In this document: in pieces, positions 28,074 to 37,549 of the stretch
Layout: each line of letters starts with the position of its first letter
Numbering within the stretch: position 1 is the first letter of the stretch
DNA from: Candidatus Woesearchaeota archaeon
Lineage (GTDB): Archaea > Nanobdellota > Nanobdellia > Woesearchaeales > JABGUJ01
Assembly (NCBI GenBank): GCA_018646625.1
Contig: JABGUJ010000003.1
Coordinates: 142,355 to 206,354 of the forward strand
Reading direction: 5' to 3'
DNA length: 64,000 nucleotides
The notes under the pieces: model-generated
Seen by the model: only the letters and a program-made list of their open reading frames with translations
Databases searched by the model: none
Told to the model about the DNA's origin: nothing
Program-made: the position numbers and the translations under genes

Positions 28074-30206
28074 ATGGATGCAACGATAGGAACAGACATA
28101 ACTTTAGGCAAGAGCGAATGCATATTTCCGCTTGAAAACCTAAAGAAACACTTCATCGCACTAGGTTCAAGTGGATCTGGAAAAACCGTTATGTGTAAAG
28201 TCTTAATCGAGGAAGCAATCTTAAACAACATCCCGGCCATCATCGTAGATCCGCAAGGTGACCTGGCAAGCTTAACACAAATGGATCTTAAAGAAGTAAA
28301 GAAAGTAAAAGACCTAAACACAATAAACAAACTCGAAAGCATAAGAAACGCCAAGATCACAATATTTACTCCAACATCATCCAAAGGAATTCCTTTAAGC
28401 ATCAATCCATTAAAACTTCCAAAAACAAAATTAGATCATGAAGAACTCATAAGCATCATAAATCAGATTGCATCTTCTATATGTAAATTAATAGGATACA
28501 AAGAAGATGATAATGGCAAATCGGCCCAAGCATTACTATATCTAGCACTTAATCATGCATACAAGAAGAAAAAAGATCTAAACACATTCAATAACTTAAT
28601 CAAACTTCTAGACAACTTACCGTGGAGCATAAAACGAGAAGCAAAATCATTCATCAAGATAAAAGACGAATTAACAAGAAAACTAAAATTTCTAACAATA
28701 GGAGAAAAAGAATTGTTGTTCCAATTTGGAGTCCCACTAGATATTGAGATGTTATTAGGGAAAAACAACGATGAAGATACAACCCAAATAAGTATAATAT
28801 ATCTAAACACACTAGAAAATCCTAAAGACAAAGAATTCTTTGTTTCAATACTAGCAACAAACATGTATCAATGGATGTTATCTAACCCTAGCAAAGATCT
28901 TCAAGCACTTTTCTTCATAGACGAAGTCGCACCCTACATTCCTGCAGGTAGTCTAAAGCCAATAACAAAACCAATCCTAAAATTAATATACAAACAAGCA
29001 AGAAAATACGGTGTTGGATGCATAGCCAGCACCCAAAACCCAGGAGATATCGATTACACTTGCTTCTCACAATTTGGAACTTGGGCTATTGGAAGATTAA
29101 CCACAAAACAAGATAAACAAAAAATAAAAGATACTCTCGAGTCGGTAGCCGGCTCAGAGATTAAAGAAATAACTGAAACATTGCCAAAACTAAAGCCAGG
29201 AGAATTTTTCATTTTCTCACCAGATGCATATCAAGAAATTAAAAATGTTAAGGTCAGAAGATTATATACTAAACACATCACATTAACTGAAGAAGATGTT
29301 AAGAAAAACACCACAGATCTTCAAAGATCAGAATACAACATAATCCAACCAATAAGCTTAAGAGAAGACACAGAAGACGATCTTATCGAAGAAATAGAAG
29401 AACCAGAAGAAGAAATTGTACCAGAACCTAAAAAGAAAGGAAAAAGACAAAAAAAGTCAGAAGACTTCTCATTTAACATACTATACTTCCCAATCCAAGT
29501 TCGCGAAGATGAAATAAACGAACTTTCCGAAAAACTTCAGAAAAGGACCTTAATCACAAGAAAACCTACTGAAGAAATTGTTGCAAAGAACCTAAACTTC
29601 GAACCAGTTCTTAGAGCAAGAATCAAAGTAAGAGAAAGAGCAACCCTAGGTTTAAAGAAAGAAACATTAGAATATGTAGTTTTCTTTGACGGTGAAAACG
29701 GCCACCTGCTGAAATTCGATTCTAGAAACAACTTTAAATCATTTCCTGGATTCTCAAGATTAATAAAATACAACAGAGAAAAACTAGAAACGTTCAAAAC
29801 ACTATACGAACGAAAAGAACCATACACACATTCATATTTAGCAAGTCTTGTTAATCTTGATTCAAAGAAAGTTAAGAAACACCTTAAAGAACTACAAAAA
29901 GATGCTCTAGCTCTCTATAACCAACAATACGAAAAGTGGGTTGCAGCAGATAATGTAGTAATTCCTAGCACAATAGGAAAGATCTCATCACCGTCAATAG
30001 TTTTCTCAAGAGAAGACATGAAAGGCAGTATAATAGAATCCACAGTTGATGAGAAAAACCTAAAGAACGTAATAGAGCTCTGGTTTAACAACACAGAGAA
30101 TATAGAAATTGACACAGTTTATTACCCGATATATGAGCTAGTGTATAAATCAAGAAACAACAAACGCTTTGTTAAAATAAGCGCAGTAAATGGGAAGATA
30201 CTCTAA
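28074..30206 (+). CDS. HerA/FtsK-like (DUF87-type) P-loop ATPase with a roughly 300-aa C-terminal extension of unknown function
   Basis: Walker A GSSGSGKT followed by IIVDPQGD, Walker B FFIDEVAPY, and a TQNPGDID motif. There is no HAS-barrel N-terminal to the P-loop. Confidence 0.7.
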   Translation: MDATIGTDITLGKSECIFPLENLKKHFIALGSSGSGKTVMCKVLIEEAILNNIPAIIVDPQGDLASLTQMDLKEVKKVKDLNTINKLESIRNAKITIFTPTSSKGIPLSINPLKLPKTKLDHEELISIINQIASSICKLIGYKEDDNGKSAQALLYLALNHAYKKKKDLNTFNNLIKLLDNLPWSIKREAKSFIKIKDELTRKLKFLTIGEKELLFQFGVPLDIEMLLGKNNDEDTTQISIIYLNTLENPKDKEFFVSILATNMYQWMLSNPSKDLQALFFIDEVAPYIPAGSLKPITKPILKLIYKQARKYGVGCIASTQNPGDIDYTCFSQFGTWAIGRLTTKQDKQKIKDTLESVAGSEIKEITETLPKLKPGEFFIFSPDAYQEIKNVKVRRLYTKHITLTEEDVKKNTTDLQRSEYNIIQPISLREDTEDDLIEEIEEPEEEIVPEPKKKGKRQKKSEDFSFNILYFPIQVREDEINELSEKLQKRTLITRKPTEEIVAKNLNFEPVLRARIKVRERATLGLKKETLEYVVFFDGENGHLLKFDSRNNFKSFPGFSRLIKYNREKLETFKTLYERKEPYTHSYLASLVNLDSKKVKKHLKELQKDALALYNQQYEKWVAADNVVIPSTIGKISSPSIVFSREDMKGSIIESTVDEKNLKNVIELWFNNTENIEIDTVYYPIYELVYKSRNNKRFVKISAVNGKIL

Positions 30207-30207
30207 A

Positions 30208-30816
30208 ATGGCAGAAGTACATGTATTAGCAATAGGAAATCATTCAATGAATGAAGACAAGACTCTAGACATTGGTTCTACAGTTACTTTAATCAAGAGT
30301 AATAAGAAGATAATAGTCGACACAGGGTCATTCAAAGATCAAGATCGTATCATAAGTAGTCTAAAAGATCACAACCTCACACCCGAAGATATTGACATAG
30401 TAATTCTAACTCATTTACATTTAGATCACACAGTTAATACACACTTATTCAAAAACGCACAAATAATGTGTAAGTTCAGAGGTGGAGATTACCCTGGCCA
30501 GATGCACACACCAAGTAAAGGAAATCTTCAAAGAGCAGATTTATCAGATGGTAATGAGATTGCAGAAAACGTTTTCATAATGCACACTCCAGGCCATACT
30601 GAAGACATGATATCTGTAAGAGTAAACACAGACAAAGGATCTGTAGTTATTGCAGGAGATGCAATACCAAGCAAAGAGTACATGAGCATAGAAAAACAAC
30701 CTAATCCTGTGTTAATGGATGTTGAAGAATTTAACAAAAGCAGAAACAAGATTCTAGAAGTCGCAGATTACATCGTACCAGGTCACGGCGATATTTTCAA
30801 AGTTGAAAAGAACTAA
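30208..30816 (+). CDS. metallo-beta-lactamase-fold hydrolase
   Basis: HLHLDH (HxHxDH) plus HTPGHT motifs. The ATG lies 1 nt after the stop of the upstream ATPase gene. Confidence 0.75.
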   Translation: MAEVHVLAIGNHSMNEDKTLDIGSTVTLIKSNKKIIVDTGSFKDQDRIISSLKDHNLTPEDIDIVILTHLHLDHTVNTHLFKNAQIMCKFRGGDYPGQMHTPSKGNLQRADLSDGNEIAENVFIMHTPGHTEDMISVRVNTDKGSVVIAGDAIPSKEYMSIEKQPNPVLMDVEEFNKSRNKILEVADYIVPGHGDIFKVEKN

Positions 30817-31169
30817 TTCTGAATAGACAACTCTCCAGTTATCTTATCAATATCTGTAACAGAAGCAGGACCTATAGCACCACAGGTTACTGTACCAGGA
30901 GCAACAACAGTTCTACCAGCATCAGTTATAACAGAAGTAGTCAAACCCAAATCTTTAGCTTGCTGAATATGTTTATACAAATCTGCTTGATCTTTTACTT
31001 TAACAACTATCTTCATCATTCCTTCATTTCTCCAAGAACTCAATACAGATTTATCAGCTTTCAAAACAGCATCAACTGAAGCATGAGCTACTTGAGCCGC
31101 CATCTTACCTTTAGGCAACTTTAGATCTTCTCGAACCATAACAATTTGTTTATATTTTTCGTCGCTCAT
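30813..31169 (-). CDS. pth2: peptidyl-tRNA hydrolase, archaeal type (PTH2)
   Basis: KGKMAAQVAHASV is the PTH2 signature. Start taken at the internal MSDEKY, giving 119 aa. Confidence 0.85.
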   Translation of the reverse strand: MSDEKYKQIVMVREDLKLPKGKMAAQVAHASVDAVLKADKSVLSSWRNEGMMKIVVKVKDQADLYKHIQQAKDLGLTTSVITDAGRTVVAPGTVTCGAIGPASVTDIDKITGELSIQN

Positions 31170-31234
31170 TTTTGAAAACAGTTTTGAAATAAAACCCATA
31201 CAAAACAATACAAGAAGACGCTATTTAAAGCTTT

Positions 31235-32284
31235 CTAAACATCTCTATCAATCAGATAACTAGCAAACTCACCAACCAACGTCTTAGCAGAAGATTCAGG
31301 ATATTTATTCGAAACTTCCAACCAAGATTCTTCAACTAAATCTTTAGCAAACTTATTTACAAACTCAACAGAATCATACTTCAAGATTATCTCAATTGCT
31401 TCATTTATCAAAGAGACATCCTTGGTGTGCAGTCCCAATATTTCTAACAAACGAGATTTATCTGTATCCGAAGCCACATCTAATGTTCTAATCACCAACA
31501 AAGACATCTTACCTTCAGTTATATCATCCCCTCGATCCTTGCCCCATTTATCGGATGGTTTAATATTAAGAATATCATCTTTTATCTGAAAAGCAACACC
31601 CACTCTCTCAGCAAATTTACTCAAAACGTTTTGATCTTCAACAGAACCATTAGCTAAGACAACGCCCAACTTTGCGGACAACCTCGCCAAAGTACCAGTC
31701 TTAAATGCACACATTTGACAATACTGATCGACAGAAACATTATTCTTACTAGTTTTGTGCCACCAAATATCTAACGCCTGTCCAGAATGAAGTTTCATCA
31801 TTTCAGTAGAAATTAATTCATAAATTTTATTCTTTGTAGAATCATCCAAGTCAGATTTCAACACAACATCAAAAGGTAAGAAATACATACTATTGCCTGC
31901 ATTTATTGCAACATCCACTCCAAAACTCTTGTGCACACACGGTTTTCCCCGTCTTAACTCAGAACTATCTTCTATATCGTCCACTAGCAAAGTTCCATTA
32001 TGAAGTATTTCAGGAATAACTGTATACTTCAACACATCATCCTTTCCACCAAGTAATTCATAGAACAACAACATCAAAGCAGGTCTCCATCTTTTTCCGC
32101 CCCTATCTAACAGATCCCAGATAGGATCACAAAGAGCTTTACTCAAACTCTCAACATCGTACTCAAATGAAACAGAACCATGAAATCTATCTAAACTTTT
32201 AGAATCAAATTCATGAGGCAGAAATTTAGCCAACTCTTCATCTACTAACTTTTTCTTCTTAGCTAAATACTCATTAAACTTCAT
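31235..32284 (-). CDS. idsA: polyprenyl (geranylgeranyl) diphosphate synthase
   Basis: First Asp-rich motif LLVDDIEDSSELRRGKP and second motif FQIKDDILN. Confidence 0.85.
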   Translation of the reverse strand: MKFNEYLAKKKKLVDEELAKFLPHEFDSKSLDRFHGSVSFEYDVESLSKALCDPIWDLLDRGGKRWRPALMLLFYELLGGKDDVLKYTVIPEILHNGTLLVDDIEDSSELRRGKPCVHKSFGVDVAINAGNSMYFLPFDVVLKSDLDDSTKNKIYELISTEMMKLHSGQALDIWWHKTSKNNVSVDQYCQMCAFKTGTLARLSAKLGVVLANGSVEDQNVLSKFAERVGVAFQIKDDILNIKPSDKWGKDRGDDITEGKMSLLVIRTLDVASDTDKSRLLEILGLHTKDVSLINEAIEIILKYDSVEFVNKFAKDLVEESWLEVSNKYPESSAKTLVGEFASYLIDRDV

Positions 32285-32322
32285 AAAGAAATAATCTACA
32301 CATTAGATATTAATGACTTTCG

Positions 32323-32796
32323 CTATTCTGGATGCAAATGTCGATAAAAAGCCTCGCCACCGCCTTTCACACCATCAGGAAAACGAGGAACTATTTGCCT
32401 ATGATATTGCCGAACCATTTGACCGGCCTTAGCACCATGATTCTCAAAGACATTTCCTGCACCATCAAAAGTACCTTGCTCAAGATCCTCAAGAATCACT
32501 TCAATTCTAGAAGCACAAGGCAATTTAGCATTTAAAGCCTCATCACTCGCCCATTTACGATACAAATCAATAAAATATCCAGGAGTTGCACGAATCATAT
32601 GACTAAGAACATCAAAAGCTTGTTCCTTAGCACGAGCAAAATGCCAAAGTTCTTCGGGAGTCATATCTGATTCCCTATAAACATCAGGTCTAACAGGAAT
32701 AACTAAAGAATGACCAAAGGCACTTGGCACAACATTCAAAGCCACAAAAGCATGCTCTCTAGAAACAATACATCCCCCTCTTTGGAATCCACCCAC
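32323..32796 (-). CDS. HIT-like superfamily protein with degenerate histidine triad (compositionally atypical)
   Basis: SAFGHSLVIPVRP and GAKAGQMVRQYHRQIVP align with HIT blocks, but the triad is H-R-Q. The gene is GC-richer than its neighbours. Confidence 0.35.
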   Translation of the reverse strand: MGGFQRGGCIVSREHAFVALNVVPSAFGHSLVIPVRPDVYRESDMTPEELWHFARAKEQAFDVLSHMIRATPGYFIDLYRKWASDEALNAKLPCASRIEVILEDLEQGTFDGAGNVFENHGAKAGQMVRQYHRQIVPRFPDGVKGGGEAFYRHLHPE

Positions 32797-32869
32797 GCCT
32801 CTAATGGCTTTATTTCAAAAAAGTTATCTAACATAGAAACAAAAAAAAATTAATAATTTATAAGCCTTA

Positions 32870-33961
32870 CTAGATCAATAATTTGCCCTTATCCATCACT
32901 TTAATGGAATTATCAACGATAATGGTAGGATTATTCAAAACCTGATCCAAATGAATAATGGCATAAATATCTCCACCAAACCAAGCATTAGAACCAATTG
33001 CAAAATGACAAGTACCTAATGTTTTCTCATCAATCATAGTACTCCCCATAATCTTAGCACGAGGATTCAAACCAACACCCAACTCACCAATTCTACGAAT
33101 ACCCCAAGGATGTTTTGCTTTACTCTCCGCCCAGACTAAACTTTCTTCTAACGCTTGAGCCTCTCGACCTCCAAGAATCTTGACAATAATTCCATTATCA
33201 ATCTCCAAGACAACAGGATCATCAACTATAATAGTATCATTTCTTGTACGCACACTACCATCAATCACAATCCGCCCATTGACCGCTCGTTTACTACAAG
33301 GAATATACACTTCACCTATTGGAAGATTTCCACCTGAAGCAGGAGTTTGAAACGCCCCATCATTACGCACCGCTTTCATATCCTCAACACCGTACATAAC
33401 ATTTGTTCCGGCCTCAGTGAAAACATGTATCATCTTAGCACCACTAAATATTTTTTCAAGTTTATCATAAACATCCAAGTAATCATCATCATCAATATTG
33501 TATGCATCAACAAACTCATCAATCATATCTGTAGACAAATAACCCAAACTGGTAGTAGAAACAAATCTATGTCCACGAGATCTACAAAACTTTCTAATAC
33601 TTTTACCCACTAACTCAGACTTACCAAACTTATCAGAAAGATTCATCACCACAACACTTTCTTCAGGCAAATCAAATAACTTCTTATCAACATCAGGATC
33701 AACACTATCTCCTCTAAACTTAACACCCTCCATTACAAAATCTACATCTAAACTAAGCTCTTGAGCAGCAAAATAATAAGCCGCAGAAATTATAGGAGAA
33801 ATTCGTTTATTCCTAAATCCAGTATCACCAATTATTAAGATCTTCTCATTAGACACACCCAGATGTCTTTCGATAACTAACTTAAACAAATCCACATATT
33901 TCTTAGAATCTTCATAAAGATCATTCGCCTTCAGCCAATCTAGAATACCGGTTACATTCAT
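32870..33961 (-). CDS. aminopeptidase, M29 (AmpS/PepS) family-like
   Basis: Start taken at the internal MNVTGILDW. C-terminal GxNxxA...H.AIG...H.D-type blocks are present (GVGLNPRA, HFAIGSN, IIHLD). The family assignment is tentative. Confidence 0.45.
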   Translation of the reverse strand: MNVTGILDWLKANDLYEDSKKYVDLFKLVIERHLGVSNEKILIIGDTGFRNKRISPIISAAYYFAAQELSLDVDFVMEGVKFRGDSVDPDVDKKLFDLPEESVVVMNLSDKFGKSELVGKSIRKFCRSRGHRFVSTTSLGYLSTDMIDEFVDAYNIDDDDYLDVYDKLEKIFSGAKMIHVFTEAGTNVMYGVEDMKAVRNDGAFQTPASGGNLPIGEVYIPCSKRAVNGRIVIDGSVRTRNDTIIVDDPVVLEIDNGIIVKILGGREAQALEESLVWAESKAKHPWGIRRIGELGVGLNPRAKIMGSTMIDEKTLGTCHFAIGSNAWFGGDIYAIIHLDQVLNNPTIIVDNSIKVMDKGKLLI

Positions 33962-34048
33962 ACATAAACAACTAAGAGAACAACATTTAAACCTTTCTCT
34001 TCCAAGTGATAAACAAAGTTTATATAGCAAAAAACAGAAAAAAACACA

Positions 34049-34987
34049 ATGATAACTAGCGTATCCGTTTCTAGCGGCAAAATTAAGAGATATAAGAAGA
34101 TAGAGCACTCTAATCACACATGGATTGATGCTTTAAATCCCACGCCGGAAGAACTTAACAAAATATCAAAAGAATTTGGAATTTCGAGATATCGCTTAGA
34201 TAGAAGCCTTGATGAACAAGAAAGATCAAGAGTAGTAAACCTTGAAGACGGAATATATGTTGCATATCAAGCACCTTATTTCAAGAAAGACGAAGTAATA
34301 ACCCTTTCATTCGCAATATTCATAAAAAAAAATACAATATTAACATTAAGAAATCACAAAATAGTATCATTGAATCAAATAGCAAGCCTTCCCGACACTA
34401 AACTTAACGAACTTCTGTCAAAAGGCGCATGGAATTTCCTTCATTACATCTTAGATGAAGTTAATGACAACTACTTTGCAGTTTCTGAACAAATAACTAG
34501 CAAAATAAATGAGCTAGAAGATAGTGCAGTAGATGAAGAACAAGCAGAAAGCATGGAAAATTTCTTCTCAATAAAGAAAACACTCATCTACCTACACAAA
34601 TCATTAAGTGCAAACAGAGATGTACTTGCAAGAGTAGATAAAGAAGAAATAAAAGAACTAAAACCAGAAACAAGAAATAGATTCAGAGACATTTACGTTG
34701 ATACTATCCAGTTAATGGATATGATAAATACAAACAGAGAAATTCTAACAACGATTGCAGAAATTCACGCATCAAATGTATCTAACGATCTAAACAAAGT
34801 TATGAAAAAATTAACAGTATACGCATCACTTGTTATGGTACCAACCTTAATCTCAGGAATATACGGTATGAACTTCAGACAGATGCCCGAACTTTATTGG
34901 GTATACGGATATCCGTTCGCAATAGGATTAATGCTACTATCTGTATTAATGTTATACATATTGTTTAAGCTAAAAAAGTGGATCTAG
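34049..34987 (+). CDS. corA: magnesium/cobalt transporter CorA
   Basis: GIYGMNF (GMN motif) precedes two C-terminal TM helices. 312 aa. Confidence 0.85.
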   Translation: MITSVSVSSGKIKRYKKIEHSNHTWIDALNPTPEELNKISKEFGISRYRLDRSLDEQERSRVVNLEDGIYVAYQAPYFKKDEVITLSFAIFIKKNTILTLRNHKIVSLNQIASLPDTKLNELLSKGAWNFLHYILDEVNDNYFAVSEQITSKINELEDSAVDEEQAESMENFFSIKKTLIYLHKSLSANRDVLARVDKEEIKELKPETRNRFRDIYVDTIQLMDMINTNREILTTIAEIHASNVSNDLNKVMKKLTVYASLVMVPTLISGIYGMNFRQMPELYWVYGYPFAIGLMLLSVLMLYILFKLKKWI

Positions 34988-35105
34988 CGCCCGAAAGCAA
35001 CGAATTCTTCAAAACAAACCATCAGAAAGACTTATAAATAACACGAATCTCCAGCAGCTATAAACACAATAAAAGGCCTGAAAGGGTCGTATTTAGGTGG
35101 TAATT

Positions 35106-35276
35106 ATGGAAAACACTCAATGCTCATCATGCAAAAAGAATATCGCAAACGACAGCGGCACAACTAGATTTCCGTGTCCTGAATGTGGTAAGACTGAGAT
35201 TATAAGATGCAGTCACTGCAGAAACATCGTTTCGAAGTACAAATGTTCTGAATGCGGATTTGAAGGACCAAACTAA
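35106..35276 (+). CDS. small Zn-ribbon protein (4x CxxC) of the type conserved upstream of archaeal EF-1beta
   Basis: MENTQCSSCKKNIANDSGTTRFPCPECGKTEIIRCSHCRNIVSKYKCSECGFEGPN. 56 aa, so below the track cut-off. Lies 16 nt upstream of ef1b. Confidence 0.6.
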   Translation: MENTQCSSCKKNIANDSGTTRFPCPECGKTEIIRCSHCRNIVSKYKCSECGFEGPN

Positions 35277-35292
35277 AAGAGGAAAATAACAA

Positions 35293-35568
35293 ATGGCAGA
35301 CGCAATAATAACATTAAAAATCATGCCTGAAAGTCCAGAAGAGGATTTAGAAGCAATAAATACAAACGCAAAACAAATCATAAGTGAATTCGGTGGAGAA
35401 GTTGGAAAAGAAAACATCGAACCAGTTGCATTTGGACTAAAAGCAGTAATTCTTACATACGTCGCAGACGAAAAACTTGGCGGAACAGACGAATTAGAAG
35501 AAAAAATAGGAAACGTCGCAGGCGTTGCCGGCGTCGAAGTTACTGACGTAAGAAGAGCAATCGGATAA
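35293..35568 (+). CDS. ef1b: translation elongation factor aEF-1 beta
   Basis: MADAIITLKIMPESPEEDLEAI...EPVAFGLKAV...VEVTDVRRAIG matches the archaeal EF-1beta family end to end. The antisense track ORF 35127..35582 is spurious. Confidence 0.85.
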   Translation: MADAIITLKIMPESPEEDLEAINTNAKQIISEFGGEVGKENIEPVAFGLKAVILTYVADEKLGGTDELEEKIGNVAGVAGVEVTDVRRAIG

Positions 35569-35593
35569 ATTACTTTATCCAATCTTTTTTCTT

Positions 35594-35728
35594 TTAACTT
35601 AAAATAGGATTTCTGAAAAATCGATCTCTCTTCTTGAATCTCATATAAACTCTTTCTCCTCGAGTTTCAACTTGTCTCCATTGCAAGAAACCGTTGTCCA
35701 TTTTCATAAAATTGTATTTCATTTACCT
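35594..35728 (-). CDS. candidate small basic protein (about 44 aa, MKYNFMKMDNGFLQWRQVETRGERVYMRFKKRDRFFRNPILS)
   Basis: Hand-translated. A GGTGAAAGG SD-like element lies 7-8 nt upstream of the ATG. Not in the ORF track because it is under 60 aa. Confidence 0.25.
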
Positions 35729-36056
35729 TTCACCCCCGTGATAAAAAATCTAATAGTCCCCATCCTTGACCAAATGATGATAAAATTACTGAAGCTACTA
35801 TAACACCTACAAATAATCCTAAATGAAACCCTCCACCGTAAAACGTGAAAAAAATTAACCAGTAAAAGGGCATTGAGGTGAGAAATAACACCCTCTTACC
35901 AAGGTTAATAAAGGTTTGATTAGGTGAGCAAAATACATACTCGTTCCATCTACAAAAAACTGTCATTGACCCCCCAACATAAGGTAAAAAAAGGAGGCTG
36001 TCGGTAAGACAACCTGCCTTGATTGTTTTAAACCACTCCCCAAAAAATGAAGTGAA

Positions 36057-37289
36057 CTAAGCAGCTCTTTCTAAAGCTTGAACATATTCTCGCGGCACTC
36101 CCGCCGCACTCTCCATATACGCAGTACGATCGGCACCCTTAACACCATCTTCAGTTAATTCCTGATACAACTCAGAAACTCGCAACACATCCGCCGCATT
36201 AAAATCCTCACCAGCCATAAGACAAGGACCTAAGTTCCCAAAACCAGAATGGTGAACACCTACAAGACTTCCGATTTGTCGCACTCTAGGCAAGCTTTTG
36301 AAATCACTCAATAATCTTGCACCTCGTTCTGCATGACGATACACATCATGATTTACCCTATCAGAAGGCAAAGTTACATTTTTGCCTACCAATCCAAAAT
36401 CATGTAAACTACACGCCAAGAGAAGAGATTGAACTTCTTCATCAGGTAACCCTATAGATCTCGCCAAACCATAAGCCACCTCAGCAACATTTTCTGAATG
36501 ATTATTAATTTTAGGATCCTCACCAACAATAGCTTTGAGTCCATCTAAAACATGATTCTCAATTCGTTTTGCAGAACAAACAATACCTGCCGCATACGCA
36601 AAAACTTTTGCAATCGCCAAATCATAGTTTGTCACTACACCTGGTGCAGAATGATTTGTATAATTCATCACACCTTCTGATGATATTGCCCCCTCAAAAA
36701 CCGAAACAACAGGTACAACCAAAGATTGTGCAGAATATCTACGACCTTGACGACTTCCTTTCAAAACCTTCATCTCGCCAGAATCATATGCCCTTCGCAT
36801 AGGAGTATTACTACCAGGATTTATTCGCAAATCTACAAACGCCTGAGGAGTATTTTCACCCAAACGAAAAACAAGTTGATCTGCAGAATTCGGAACAAAC
36901 AAAGATGCACTATCTACAGGTATAAATTCCTGTGATGCACTCATTGCCGCTTCCAAAGCACGATCAAGAGTCACAGGTTGATGAAGAAGAGAAAGCACCC
37001 CCTTTAAAGCTTCTTCTTCGCCAGTACCAAAAAGTTTTCTTGCCTGTGCGTCATTAAAATAAGAAGACAAACTCAAAAATCTTCTTTGAAGATCATTAAT
37101 AGATTCACCATAACTAGCAACTAGCCGACCATAAAGTTCTTTAACCTCAATAGGATCTGCTTGTTTAGGTTTACGTGCAGGTTTAGCTTCACCAGTAAAA
37201 AGAGTAGGACCTTGCCCAGATTTACCAAACGACCACACCCTTGCAGCCACATCCAATGCTTTTTCTAATCCACCTTTCATAGTTCTCAC
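36057..37289 (-). CDS. HD-domain (HD-GYP-like) phosphohydrolase with N-terminal sensor-like region (compositionally atypical)
   Basis: LLLACSLHDFGLVGK and HHSGFGN are HD-superfamily metal-ligand blocks. The protein is Ala/Gly/Arg-rich and the DNA is GC-richer than the flanks. Confidence 0.55.
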   Translation of the reverse strand: MRTMKGGLEKALDVAARVWSFGKSGQGPTLFTGEAKPARKPKQADPIEVKELYGRLVASYGESINDLQRRFLSLSSYFNDAQARKLFGTGEEEALKGVLSLLHQPVTLDRALEAAMSASQEFIPVDSASLFVPNSADQLVFRLGENTPQAFVDLRINPGSNTPMRRAYDSGEMKVLKGSRQGRRYSAQSLVVPVVSVFEGAISSEGVMNYTNHSAPGVVTNYDLAIAKVFAYAAGIVCSAKRIENHVLDGLKAIVGEDPKINNHSENVAEVAYGLARSIGLPDEEVQSLLLACSLHDFGLVGKNVTLPSDRVNHDVYRHAERGARLLSDFKSLPRVRQIGSLVGVHHSGFGNLGPCLMAGEDFNAADVLRVSELYQELTEDGVKGADRTAYMESAAGVPREYVQALERAA

Positions 37290-37549
37290 CTATGTTTAAT
37301 TATAACTTAATTGGAAACTAAAACTTCAACTCACCTTCGTCAAAGTATTCCATCAATCCACTAATTACACTTTTATCAATTGCCAAAGTTGTCACCTCTT
37401 TTTCCTCAACAATTATTTCACATTCCATTTTATATTAAACAAATATCACAAACAAAGTTCAAGAGAGCTCAAGCTAATTAGCTAGCTTGAGCTTTTGTAT
37501 TAGGCTTCCTCTGCTTTCTTCCGAACCCCCACAGTTCGGCCCCCCTGCA

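Noticed and set aside
35127-35582. 151-aa minus-strand ORF covering the ef1b locus
   Set aside because: It is antisense to the well-supported aEF-1beta and Zn-ribbon genes. It has low-complexity Ser/Thr-rich translation and no motifs.
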